64,000 nucleotides of DNA, from assembly GCA_030248215.1 (NCBI GenBank), contig JASANG010000627.1, forward strand, positions 186,001-250,000, written 5' to 3'. Positions 12,517 through 24,500 of this stretch are shown here, one piece after another (position 1 is the stretch's first letter; each line of letters starts with the position of its first letter). The DNA is from Enoplolaimus lenunculus (Eukaryota). A model generated the notes under the pieces. That model had not been told where the DNA came from, did not search any database, and saw only the letters and a program-made list of their open reading frames with translations. The translations under genes were made by a program, and so were the position numbers.

Positions 12517-15500
12517 ATGAATTGGTAAGTTTGTTTTGTCAGCTTTTTACGCACCCCAAAGCCCGTCCTGTGTTGTTTAGCTTGAAAAATATGCGTGCGA
12601 AATTACAACCGATTTTTAAAAGTGTTTACGTTTCGTAAGGGCTGTACAAAGTTTCGGCCCATGTAAAGATGAAGCGCGAAACGTTGTTCTGCGGGACTGC
12701 AATAGAGTAAACTTACGCTTTACACAATTTTTTGCTCAGGCTGAGGCTTAGACTTAGGCATAAGCTCATTCTTGCGCTTACTTAGAATAACCGTAGTCTT
12801 AGGCCAATGCGGGATTCACGTTTAACCGGGGCATGCGGCTCACGGTTGTCCCATGTTGATTCGACGACAACGGAAAAATATGTTACCTCACGTATGCAGA
12901 CTTTGTAAAACATCATTTTATATTCGCTGCCAATACGTCAAATACCATATGATATTGAAGAACAAAATGTGACTTACACATTATGATAGCAGAGAAATAC
13001 GACTTTTTGAATGTGATATGGGGCTAGCAGACAAAATGTAACCTAACAGTCTAATAAGGCAAACCATGTCCAAAGCTGCCTCGGTTATAACATGAACCCC
13101 GCATTAGGAACATGTTTATACTACTGTTGCGGCCCTGTTCTTTTCATTGGCCAAAGTTTAAATCATTATTTATTCATTTGTGGTCTAACCAGAGCTATAA
13201 ACTTATTTAGAGAGAAATTAGTTCGGGCAATTTCACGTGTCCCTAAAATTTAAATTTGGCAACAACTGTCTCTATATATTCACAGAAAGGTATAAAAAAA
13301 GTGACTTCTAATAATAACTTGTGCACTGTTCGTTTTGTATACAAAAATCACTTTTTCAGTTTCAAAAGCGTATCCAGGATTTAATTTCGGGAAAGTAAAA
13401 TTTCATCTTTGACACTAAACTTAAATTGGTTGTTATTATTATGTTAAAGCGTGTGAATTTATCTTTGCATTATCCCTCTATCCGCCATCCTTGCGTGCAT
13501 GCGCTGTTACTAAAATTTCAGGTTCATTTTGCTACCATACTGTCTACTGTCAGTTTTGCAATTAGTCAACGCATTTCCGCAAGGTGCACGATGTGCAGCA
13601 GTTGCGTTAGATAATCACAGCAACGCACCGTTACATGGCAAGCATTCTCCGCAACGTGGAACAGGGCCCTACACCGTTGACATATACCGAGGCAATCAAG
13701 TCGTCACCGATAGCACATTGGAAGACGAACAAGATTATTATGGTATGCCGAATGTTGTTCCTTACCTTTCTGGGTTTTCCCACGGCGTCTGGTAAAAATT
13801 TAAACTGCCGACAAATCGTGAGCATTTAAGAGCAACACTATAACGGTCCGAGAACTCTGGTAGGCTCCGGCCAATTTGAGGAGATACACGGGCCACTGAT
13901 TCCTTTCGTACGATCGCCTACAAGTATATTTGTCCAGATGATAAGGATACAATAAGTAAACCATTCCTCTACTTGAGTTAGTGCCGAACCTGGCTAACTT
14001 TGCAAGTGCAAACAGTGGTACAAATGCAAATAGACGGCATACTGTAGAATTAAAGGCAAATAAGAGCCATTTTAACTATAACGGTATGCGCCCACTACGC
14101 CGAAGCCTAAGTATAAACTTAAACCTGTAGCCTAAGCTAAAAGCCTAAACATAGGCCTGAATTTAAGCCTAAATCTCGCCAACTGTAACTTGGTAAAATT
14201 CTTTGTCTCCAAGTTTTTTGTCTTTCACTGGGCTGGTTCATTACAATTAGTTTGGTCCAATAACTCTATAACCGTTAACTTGTTTATTTGCTCACATCAG
14301 TCGGAAGTTTAAACTCCAAACCTGAAAACCAACGGCGAAGCATAGTATACCATTCTTTTATGTTTTGCATACTCTTATTCATTTTAAAGCTGGTTTTTAT
14401 AGCGAAAATGTTTTCCATTTAAATTCTAGCCGTAATTCATGGAAATCCAAAAGGATTCTTACTACGAGCACTCAATTACGATTACTTCGAACAGTCCAGA
14501 GGCAAAACACTCGTAGACGTTGGTCATTTTGGTACGTTTTATGCATTACAGTTATTGCAGACATATTTTGTACATATATATGTACGTATATATCTCCGAC
14601 TTTTAAAGCAACAAATCGTATTGGGCAATAAACATGGTTGCTGAATCAGGGTAAACTACTTGTTTGACGCCTACACTGCAAAAAATTGTGAGTCAAATTG
14701 ACTCTCTCATAAAAATTTGCTCTCCGGGACTACACAAACTGAGTCAAATCCGACTCCGCCTGAGTCAAACGTGCGACTCTCAATGAGTCGAATTCGACTC
14801 TGACAGAGTCGAAATTGGCTCAGTTTATGTAGTCCCGGAGAGCCTATCGGAGAGAGTCAACTTGACTCACCGTTTTTTGGCAGTGTTCTTGAAATTTTTG
14901 AAAATGTTCAATAAACATTTTTAAACGTATTTTTTCAGGTTCAAAATCGCGCTCATTTTTTAACGGTAGCGGCCATCAATCTGAGGACCTCGGCACCGTC
15001 CATCACCCCCGTCTGTCATCATACGGTATCGTACGTTCACGTACGATACCGCTGTAATGATTGAAAATAAAAAAATTCTCTCACAGACGGAATTGGCGCC
15101 GGTCGGGTCAGGGACGGCGCCGGACGGCAAGTATAGCACAACCCTAAGTCTTCCAGCAGACAGGCAGGACCCGTATATCTCAGTAAATTTCAGATGTCCT
15201 CGGGCATTACTGTGCCCAATTGGCTCACAGACGAAATTGTCGCCGGGCTGGTCAGGGACGGCGCCGGACGACAAGTATAGCGCAACCCTAAAGTCTTCCA
15301 GCAGACAGGCAGGACCCGTATATCTCAGTAAATTTCAGATGTCCTCGGGCATTACTGTGCCCAATTGGCTCACAGACGAAATTGTCGCCGGGCTGGTCAG
15401 GGACGGCGCCGGACGACAAGTATAGCGCAACCCTAAAGTCTTCCAGCAGACAGGCAGGACCCGTATATCTCAGTAAATTTCAGATGTCCTCGGGCATTAC

Positions 15501-18500
15501 TGTGCCCAATTGGCTCACAGACGAAATTGTCGCCGGGCTGGTCAGGGACGGCGCCGGACGACAAGTATAGCGCAACCCTAAAGTCTTCCAGCAGACAGGC
15601 AGGACCCGTATATCTCAGTAAATTTCAGATGTCCTCGGGCATTACTGTGCCCAATTGGCTCACAGACGAAATTGTCGCCGGGCTGGTCAGGGACGGCGCC
15701 GGACGACAAGTATAGCGCAACCCTAAAGTCTTCCAGCAGACAGGCAGGACCCGTATATCTCAGTAAATTTCAGATGTCCTCGGGCATTACTGTGCCCAAT
15801 TGGCTCACAGACGAAATTGTCGCCGGGCTGGTCAGGGACGGCGCCGGACGACAAGTATAGCGCAACCCTAAAGTCTTCCAGCAGACAGGCAGGACCCGTA
15901 TATCTCAGTAAATTTCAGATGTCCTCGGGCATTACTGTGCCCAATTGGCTCACAGACGAAATTGTCGCCGGGCTGGTCAGGGACGGCGCCGGACGACAAG
16001 TATAGCGCAACCCTAAAGTCTTCCAGCAGACAGGCAGGACCCGTATATCTCAGTAAATTTCAGATGTCCTCGGGCATTACTGTGCCCAATTGGCTCACAG
16101 ACGAAATTGTCGCCGGGCTGGTCAGGGACGGCGCCGGACGACAAGTATAGCGCAACCCTAAAGTCTTCCAGCAGACAGGCAGGACCCGTATATCTCAGTA
16201 AATTTCAGATGTCCTCGGGCATTACTGTGCCCAATTGGCTCACAGACGAAATTGTCGCCGGGCTGGTCAGGGACGGCGCCGGACGACAAGTATAGCGCAA
16301 CCCTAAAGTCTTCCAGCAGACAGGCAGGACCCGTATATCTCAGTAAATTTCAGATGTCCTCGGGCATTACTGTGCCCAATTGGCTCACAGACGAAATTGT
16401 CGCCGGGCTGGTCAGGGACGGCGCCGGACGACAAGTATAGCGCAACCCTAAAGTCTTCCAGCAGACAGGCAGGACCCGTATATCTCAGTAAATTTCAGAT
16501 GTCCTCGGGCATTACTGTGCCCAATTGGCTCACAGACGAAATTGTCGCCGGGCTGGTCAGGGACGGCGCCGGACGACAAGTATAGCGCAACCCTAAAGTC
16601 TTCCAGCAGACAGGCAGGACCCGTATATCTCAGTAAATTTCAGATGTCCTCGGGCATTACTGTGCCCAATTGGCTCACAGACGAAATTGTCGCCGGGCTG
16701 GTCAGGGACGGCGCCGGACGACAAGTATAGCGCAACCCTAAAGTCTTCCAGCAGACAGGCAGGACCCGTATATCTCAGTAAATTTCAGATGTCCTCGGGC
16801 ATTACTGTGCCCAATTGGCTCACAGACGAAATTGTCGCCGGGCTGGTCAGGGACGGCGCCGGACGACAAGTATAGCGCAACCCTAAAGTCTTCCAGCAGA
16901 CAGGCAGGACCCGTATATCTCAGTAAATTTCAGATGTCCTCGGGCATTACTGTGCCCAATTGGTTGACTGTAACGCGACCGGTGTATTTGTGACACAGCG
17001 TGATCCGAGACGTGCACCGTGTTCAATTAAAGATCGAATTATGGTTAAATATAAAGCTCCTCTTGCTGGTATACGTATGATTTTAAGGTACTAAAGTTAT
17101 GTGGACCATATATTCTCAAATGCATATACCACCTATCAGTTGTTTAGTGATAGGTTTGCAAACTGACGAACAGCTGCTGCAATTCCGAATCCTAAAACTG
17201 AAATACAAATAGGACAATTTAAACGTAAAAACGTGTCGAATTGCGAACATCACCACTCAATGGGTTAAAAGTTACAGCACCTACAACCAGCTGGTGATAG
17301 GCGGTACGCACACTTAAGAATACAGGCCTTGGTGTCAAGCCTACCAAGTTTAATGTTTGATTTGTAAACGCTTTGTTTACTTCTGCTTTTACATACCATA
17401 AATAATTAACCAAAGGTTAAACTTGTCTAACCAGGACTTCATATTGTAAGAGAATACGCGCGCTCGAATGTTTTAATTTCGGCAGGTTGATTCTTTTCTT
17501 TTTGAGTACAGATTCTTTTACCGCTGTACGAAAATTTTCACCTCTGTCATTTACTGATAATTTACTTTCTTAGGTAGGTAATATTTCACACATACTTAAT
17601 ACACTTTTGCACCGTCCCCTTTATCTTGTGCCCGCTGTGCTGAAATCTGCAGCTGCCGCTGGTATCCTTCGTCACCGTTAATTTTAAGCATTAGCTAATT
17701 TTCAGGATGACCGCTGTCGAGGCGTTTGATCGATTTTATACCGACATCAGAAGTAACATTTATACGGTCGTCGAAAGAAGTATGTTTACTCAAAATATCG
17801 TCTTTATGTTTTGTTTGTATAGCTATCACTGTAGCTTGCTAAAGTTTTTAAACTGCCAATACTTTGACTTACAAGTCAAAAGCTATCGCTTGTTATTCTA
17901 GTAGTACAGTTTTAATCTACCAATATCATTTAAGCACAAGTTTTCTGTCCATCTTCAAAATAGGGTTGATCCCTCACCTGGTCCCTTCTGGCTACCGGCC
18001 CGAACTAAACTCGGTTATAAAATCACAGTATTTGTTTAAGCAGTTTGTGGAATAAATGACATTAGTACCTTAAGGTATGCATGTACAAGGGGATGTTGTT
18101 GCATTTTCAAAATTTCCCATGCATTTTTTAATAATTTGGTAGGTATTTAGAGTAAAAACGTTGGAAAATTTGCTACTACAACAATATATCGAAACTTTTC
18201 TCTGCTTGACTACACTTCACCACCCTGCCCTCTATTAATGGCGGCGCCGTGTTTAATAACGTCATTACATGCCTTGTGAACCAAACATTAAATGTATATT
18301 TTAATTATTATTTATCTCTTTGGCAATTTCAATTTTATAATTGATTAGAATTGTGATCAATTTTCTAGAACCTTTCAAACTGTATTATTATCCTATTTTT
18401 AGAAAAATCAAGCCTGAGCTCCAATCTACTTTCGCATCTGACATCATCTGGGCGTGGCATACGAAGAACGCAACCGCATACGGCAAGGACTTCGCCCAAT

Positions 18501-21500
18501 ACACCGCAGCCAGGTTAGCGAATCATAAACAGAATTTGAAATTAATTTACAAATGTTCCAAGAATGCGTAAAACATAACCTGCTATGAATTAATGCAAAT
18601 ACACAAGAATAGATTCAGCGAGGCAAAATTCTACCAACAACGAAGCTAAAAATGACCAATTTCATACAAACAGAATAAAATTAAATGTGGTCGTTCGAGG
18701 AAAAGAAACTAAAATTATTTGCAATTATGACGCTGCCAAATCGTTTTGCAACAACACCTCCACGTTGACGAACGGCGACCGACAGAGTTAGGCTGCTACG
18801 TACGGCGTCGGACGGCGACGTACGGCGTTGAACGGCAACGAACAGCTACGCATAGCAGCGGAAGATATTAGGAAATTTTAAAAAGTATCGCGCCGCCCAA
18901 ATTGGTTCACTTAATGAGACAAATAGATGACTTGTCGGAACAAAAACATCCCTGTCTCCACTTTATTTCGGTCTTTAGGGTCATGCGAGTTCATTATATT
19001 GCAGCAAATACTATTTTTTATTTAAATTGAACTTAAGGAGTATATGAAATTTCTTTATACAAGCAATAATTAAAACATCTTCAAATCCGAAAAATCTATA
19101 TTAATAAAGCTGAAAAGCCCGTGATACGCAAATTAAGCATTATTCAAGCTATTTTTTGTATTTTGTTGCACACCATTTTGGCTGGTAAATTATGGGTTGA
19201 CGTATGTCTTATAGTGACGCCAACTGAAACAGACAAACCAAGATCGGGACCGCACAGGCAACGGCTGCCTCTTGTTCAGCCAAATCGTCCAGAGTCAGAG
19301 GCTAGCGATGAAGAAAAACGTGAGTCCATTGAAACGTATTGGTTAAAAATTGCAATTCGATATATTTTAGGTTTAGTAAAGCGTATAAAATGTCGATAGT
19401 TGATTATTTGAATAAGATTTGCACTCAATTGCTGTCAGTTGAAAATTTGTCAGTTTACCAGTCGATTTTGTGCATGATTTTTCATTGGGTAGCGCTAAAA
19501 TGTACTTCAATTGTATATATTACTATTTCCTCGTCAACTGTTACATTACTCGATACTGATGCAGATCCGAAGCCGGTCCACTTTGCTAGGCGTTGAATGT
19601 TTTTGATTAAGGGCAAAACGCTTCCAGGAGAGTTGAACCTCTCCTGCCCCACCATTTGGGTACGGATCCGCACTGAGGGCAATTAGCATCACAACATGGC
19701 TCCAAATATATTTCTTGACTCAAACGTTTTATTATTGAAAACTCGTCGCGAGCCTCATGACCAATGGCCTGCGCTGAGTTATGATTCGCTCCTTAAACAC
19801 CAGGTGATATTTTAGCTTTGTCAAATCTTGATTTGGTAAATTTAGTGCAGCACAAGGAACATGCATATTTGACGATAAGTCGTGATGAAATTGTGGTTTA
19901 ATTTTCAGCAAATCGCATTCCGTTCGCCAGTTTTGTACCCGGAATAGCGCCACGACCGTCACCGTTCACTGGTTCAAACCCTGGTAAGCATTCGAGGACC
20001 AGCCTCTTAAATTTGAGATACGCAATCATTATTTGGTTTGTATTTTATAAAATCTAATACTGAGACTGAAAAGTAGCTGAAAGCCATGTTAATGTAGAAT
20101 ATACACTTATGCGTCTTCCAACGGAAGACTAACTTTGACATGGCCGCTTATTTTGGTGATTTGGAAAACTGCTAACCGCCTGGCCACGACCCTGGTGCAA
20201 AGTATAGAATAAACAACTAAAAATAGAACTGGTCAATATCCCATTTAGCAATTTTATTTTTTTAATTTACCATTTTAATGTATTATATTGCATTTCAGGC
20301 GAAGGTTTTGCATCACAATTTCCCAACTTTCGAAATATTGAAGGACGTGGTGGGTTAACTGGTTCAGGTTAGTGTTGTTCTTTTACAGGTTCAATTAACT
20401 CTCAGGCTGCATAATGTCAAATACTTAGGTATGTTTACTTTAGAACACCGACTTCCTTTTCGAAGTATGTATGTTCTTTACCAATACCAGACTTTAAAAC
20501 TAAAGTTCGAGGATTGCAACGGTTACTGAAGCGACACTTGCCGAAACGGCGATTACTCAAACGACAATTGCCCAACGACAATAATCCAAACGACAATTTC
20601 TGAAACGAAAATTGTCCAAATGTGATAATTGCCCCAAACGCGACAATTGCCCAAACCACGATTGCTCAAATGCTACAATTGCCCAAGCGACGATTACCCA
20701 AGCGACAATTGTTCAAATGCGACGGTTGTTCCGATGCGACAATTGTTCCAAATGCGACAATTACGCAATCGCGACAGTTGTTCAAACGACAATTGCACCC
20801 ATACAATAATTATTACAAGCATGATTGCCAAATTTCAAATCTAAACTTAGTTAAATAAATCTAGTATGAGATGTATATTGTCAAATAACTAGAATTTATA
20901 TACTTCGATAAATACTGCAGTGATCCGAATAACAGGACAGTGAAAATAAAAGCCTGGCATTTTCTATTTTGAGTGCGAATCAATAATTGTCTATTTTTCT
21001 TGAATAAGCAACTGAGTATGTAATTGCATAGATTCCAAAAATCTATTATCTGCTTTTGAAAAAGTATGCTTAAGTTATAAAAGTAAACCATCGACATAAA
21101 TCATTGAGAAACGCATAAACGAAAGGTGGAGGTTTAAATAACAGGCGGCGGTGTGGAAAAAATAAATAATAGTTCGTAACCAAATAGCGCAATGGGATTT
21201 TCTCTATGCAAATTAAATAAATATCAGTCTGGCTCCTGTGAATCAGGTTAATACTACAAAATTTAATATTTTTCGACAGTAGCGACGTAGCGCAGAAAAG
21301 GCATTTAAAAATTATCCATTAGGCTACCGTGACATACCTTTAGTTCCCTATAGTTTAAGAATTTTGTGGGTCCTAACCAGAATTCAAAATGCGTACAATC
21401 GTTGTTTGGGCAATTATTGTGCTTGCCGAAATATCGTTTGGGCAACTGACGTTTGGGCAATGTCATTAAAATCCAAACTCTTAGACACAGACCTAAATTG

Positions 21501-24500
21501 TAACGTTTTTCATATTCGAGATTGTGTGAAGGTTATTAGCAGTATTTAACGAGCAATTAGACTATTTTAGGATCAAACAACAGTCCTGATTCAGGTGTGA
21601 CGTCCTCATCGAGACACCGTTCAGGGCTCCAAGGCCGACCAACGGCTCCAGGTAAATTGAATTTCAAATTCAAACTTTATTTTAATTTGCGGAAATAAAA
21701 AAAGAAATTTATACTGTTTAATACAGCTATATATCCAATAGCTCATGAAATTGATTTTAATCATGCAGGACTCATTCACTCTGTAAAATTTACATTCTTA
21801 CATTTATTTAGAGCAAAAGTTAATCCAGAGCATTCAGAATTCGAAATTTTGAGTTGATTGAAACCATTGTGAGTTAAGTAATACACTCTGCTGTAATTAA
21901 ATCATCTCAGAGCGAGTAGATATTTTGAACTGCTTCCACTCGCTACCGACAAGCCACCATTAATTCGAGTATCGATTATGTCATTTTATTCGCAGTTCTC
22001 TCGTTCGCCAGATAATGAATAATTTCCTGCATTACAAAACATGCTAAAATGTAATAATTTTGCAAGATGAAATTTAATGTTGAAAAATGTTATTGTTTTT
22101 ACGCTTCAGAAACTGTCGGTGGTAGAGCACCTCGTCCTCGAGTACCACCTCCTAGATCTTCAAGCGGTAGATCTGAAGGTTCTGGTGGTGGTGGTGGTGG
22201 TTAGTTGAGAATTTAAATTCTATATTAAAACAGGTTTAAAGGCCCATGTATAGAACAGGGTCGGATCATTTTCCGGAGGGGTTATAATAGAGTCAGTTTA
22301 AGTTTTATACTAATTATTTTGCTTAGGCTAGGCTTAGGCTTAGGTGTAGACTTAGGCTTAGGCTTAGGCTTAGGAATAGGCTCATCCTTACGCTTAGGCT
22401 TAGGCTTACGAATATGCTTATACTACTGTTCCGGCCCTGTTCTATACATGGGCCGGTTTAAATATCAAAAGTACCTGGTTAAAAATATTGCTTGCAAATT
22501 AGTCAAAACATTGTTTTTATCTTAATATTGCCTTCCAGCAATTAAAGATTTTTATCGTTCAAGGAAAATAAAATATGGTGTTACAAGGTGATTTTTGTAT
22601 TCATTAACAACTTTGAAGCAACAAACCAAATCATTTTGAATGATTGGTTTTGTTCACATTTATTTTTTTCAATTTAGACCGTGGCGATGGCAGACTTCCG
22701 ATTCCTCGAAGGAATACTCTACCAACCAGAAGCAGAGGTGGTCGTCTGGAACATTCTGGCCAAGGTACAAAGGCAGCGTTTAGTTTGTCGTCGTAGCCCA
22801 ACTGTAATTCAGCTTAATTACGAATTGGGCTTGCCCAATTCCGAATTGGGCTTCTCAAGCGCGGAATTACGTCTTGAACTAGCCAAAGGCGTAATTCTTC
22901 CAAGGCTACAAGTGCACGCCTTGTGATTGGTTTCATTACCTTAATAATATACTCAAACAGGATTAGCTGATGAACATATAGCCCTATTCACGCGTGCAAG
23001 TTTTTGCAGCAAAAACATGCATGTGCAACTTGTATGTGCGAGTTTGGTCACAAACAGCTTTGAAGTTCCAGCAGCGGCAAATTATTCTCTGGAATTCGTG
23101 TGATTTAATTTAATTTGACCCTGTGAACACAGTTGCATGACGCTTGAATTTTTTGCAACTGCAATTTCATTGGTCAATCGGAATGTTCCTTTGAAAATAC
23201 TTGCAGCTGCAAGTATTTCTTGTAAGTTGCAGCTACGAGTTCTCGCTGCAAACACTTGCACGTGTGAATGGAGCTTTAATGTTTGCTGATTGACTGAGTA
23301 ATCGCTACCTGTTCAATGCCAAACAGTTTGTTTTACTAAGCTGTTACCAATCATAAAACGCGCAACTTTATCAGATCCGCCTTGGGCTAACTCAAGTCGT
23401 AGTTCTCTTTTGGACTAGCCCAATTTGGAACTGGGCTGAATTACAACTTGGGCTACGACATATATATTTATGGCATTACGATAATTAGTCGTCCAACAAC
23501 TCATTGTCCGACAATTCGTTGTCAGACATTTCGTCGATGCCGACAACTCGTTGATCCTACAGCTCGTCGACCCGACTACTCGTCGACCCGACAACTCGTC
23601 GACCCAATTACGTACCCGCCGCCAGAATTAACCAGGGGGCCTGAGCCTTCTGAAAAAAGTTTGGCCCTCTTTAGATAAATTGTCAACCTCGCTTTTACGT
23701 CGTCAGAAACCCGTGTATGTCCCTTCTAAAGATTTTTAGTCCCCTTATTAAGGTGAGCAGGGATCTAGGGATCGGATATCCCCGTCCAGACTTAACGAAA
23801 TTAAAATTTTCGCAGCAATTCAATACAAAAATCGCGCCAAAATTTTCGCTCGCGAGTTTTTATTAAGGTTTCTACATGTTTCGACTCTTGATAACGTAAA
23901 CAATTTGCGTATATCTAGCGGTATGCTCGCTTCGCTCGCTAAAGATAATTGCGCATAGGTCAGCATAGGCCGACTATTCTAGGTGCTGGACGACAATGCC
24001 AACGTTTAAAACTCGACCCGAGATACGACACTGACATATATACAAAAAATTCAACCTGGGATCCCCCCTGAAAATTCTAAACCGTCACTTGCCTAAAGAA
24101 TTAGCAGCCTAAACACGAGCGACAAGTTGTCGGCGTCAGAAAGATATCAGGGCGAGAGTTGTCAGGGTCGACGAGTTTTCGTGGTAAACGACTTGTATGG
24201 GACGAGTTTTCGTGGTAAACGACTTGTATGGGCTACAAGTTGTCGGGGTCGACGAGTTGTCGGGTGAACGACTTTTGTAACCGTTAACAACTTTGCAGCA
24301 ACAAACTAAATAATTTTTATTGCACGGTTTCGTTTAAATTTGTTTTTTTTTTCAATTTAGATCGTGGCGATGGAAGACTTCCGGTTCCTCGAAGGAATAC
24401 GCTACCACCAAGAGGCAGAGGTGGTCGACTGGAAAATTCTGGCCAAGGTACACAGGCAACGTTTAGTTTTGCAGTCGTAGCCATACTGTACTTCAGCTCA

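Noticed and set aside
14939..15025. Extra phase-1 exon (GSKSRSFFNGSGHQ..) in the Reeler gene
   Set aside because: It has TTTCAG and GT and is open, but would interrupt the Reeler alignment between VGHF and the QLVDC segment. Left out, though not excluded as an alternative exon.
15057..16875. Series of identical 62-aa ORFs in the ORF track
   Set aside because: By-products of the 145-bp period; non-ATG starts and not in the host gene frame.
15080..16963. CRISPR array or hammerhead-ribozyme satellite
   Set aside because: No unique spacers, no cas genes, eukaryotic context; no CTGANGA plus GAAA core found on either strand.
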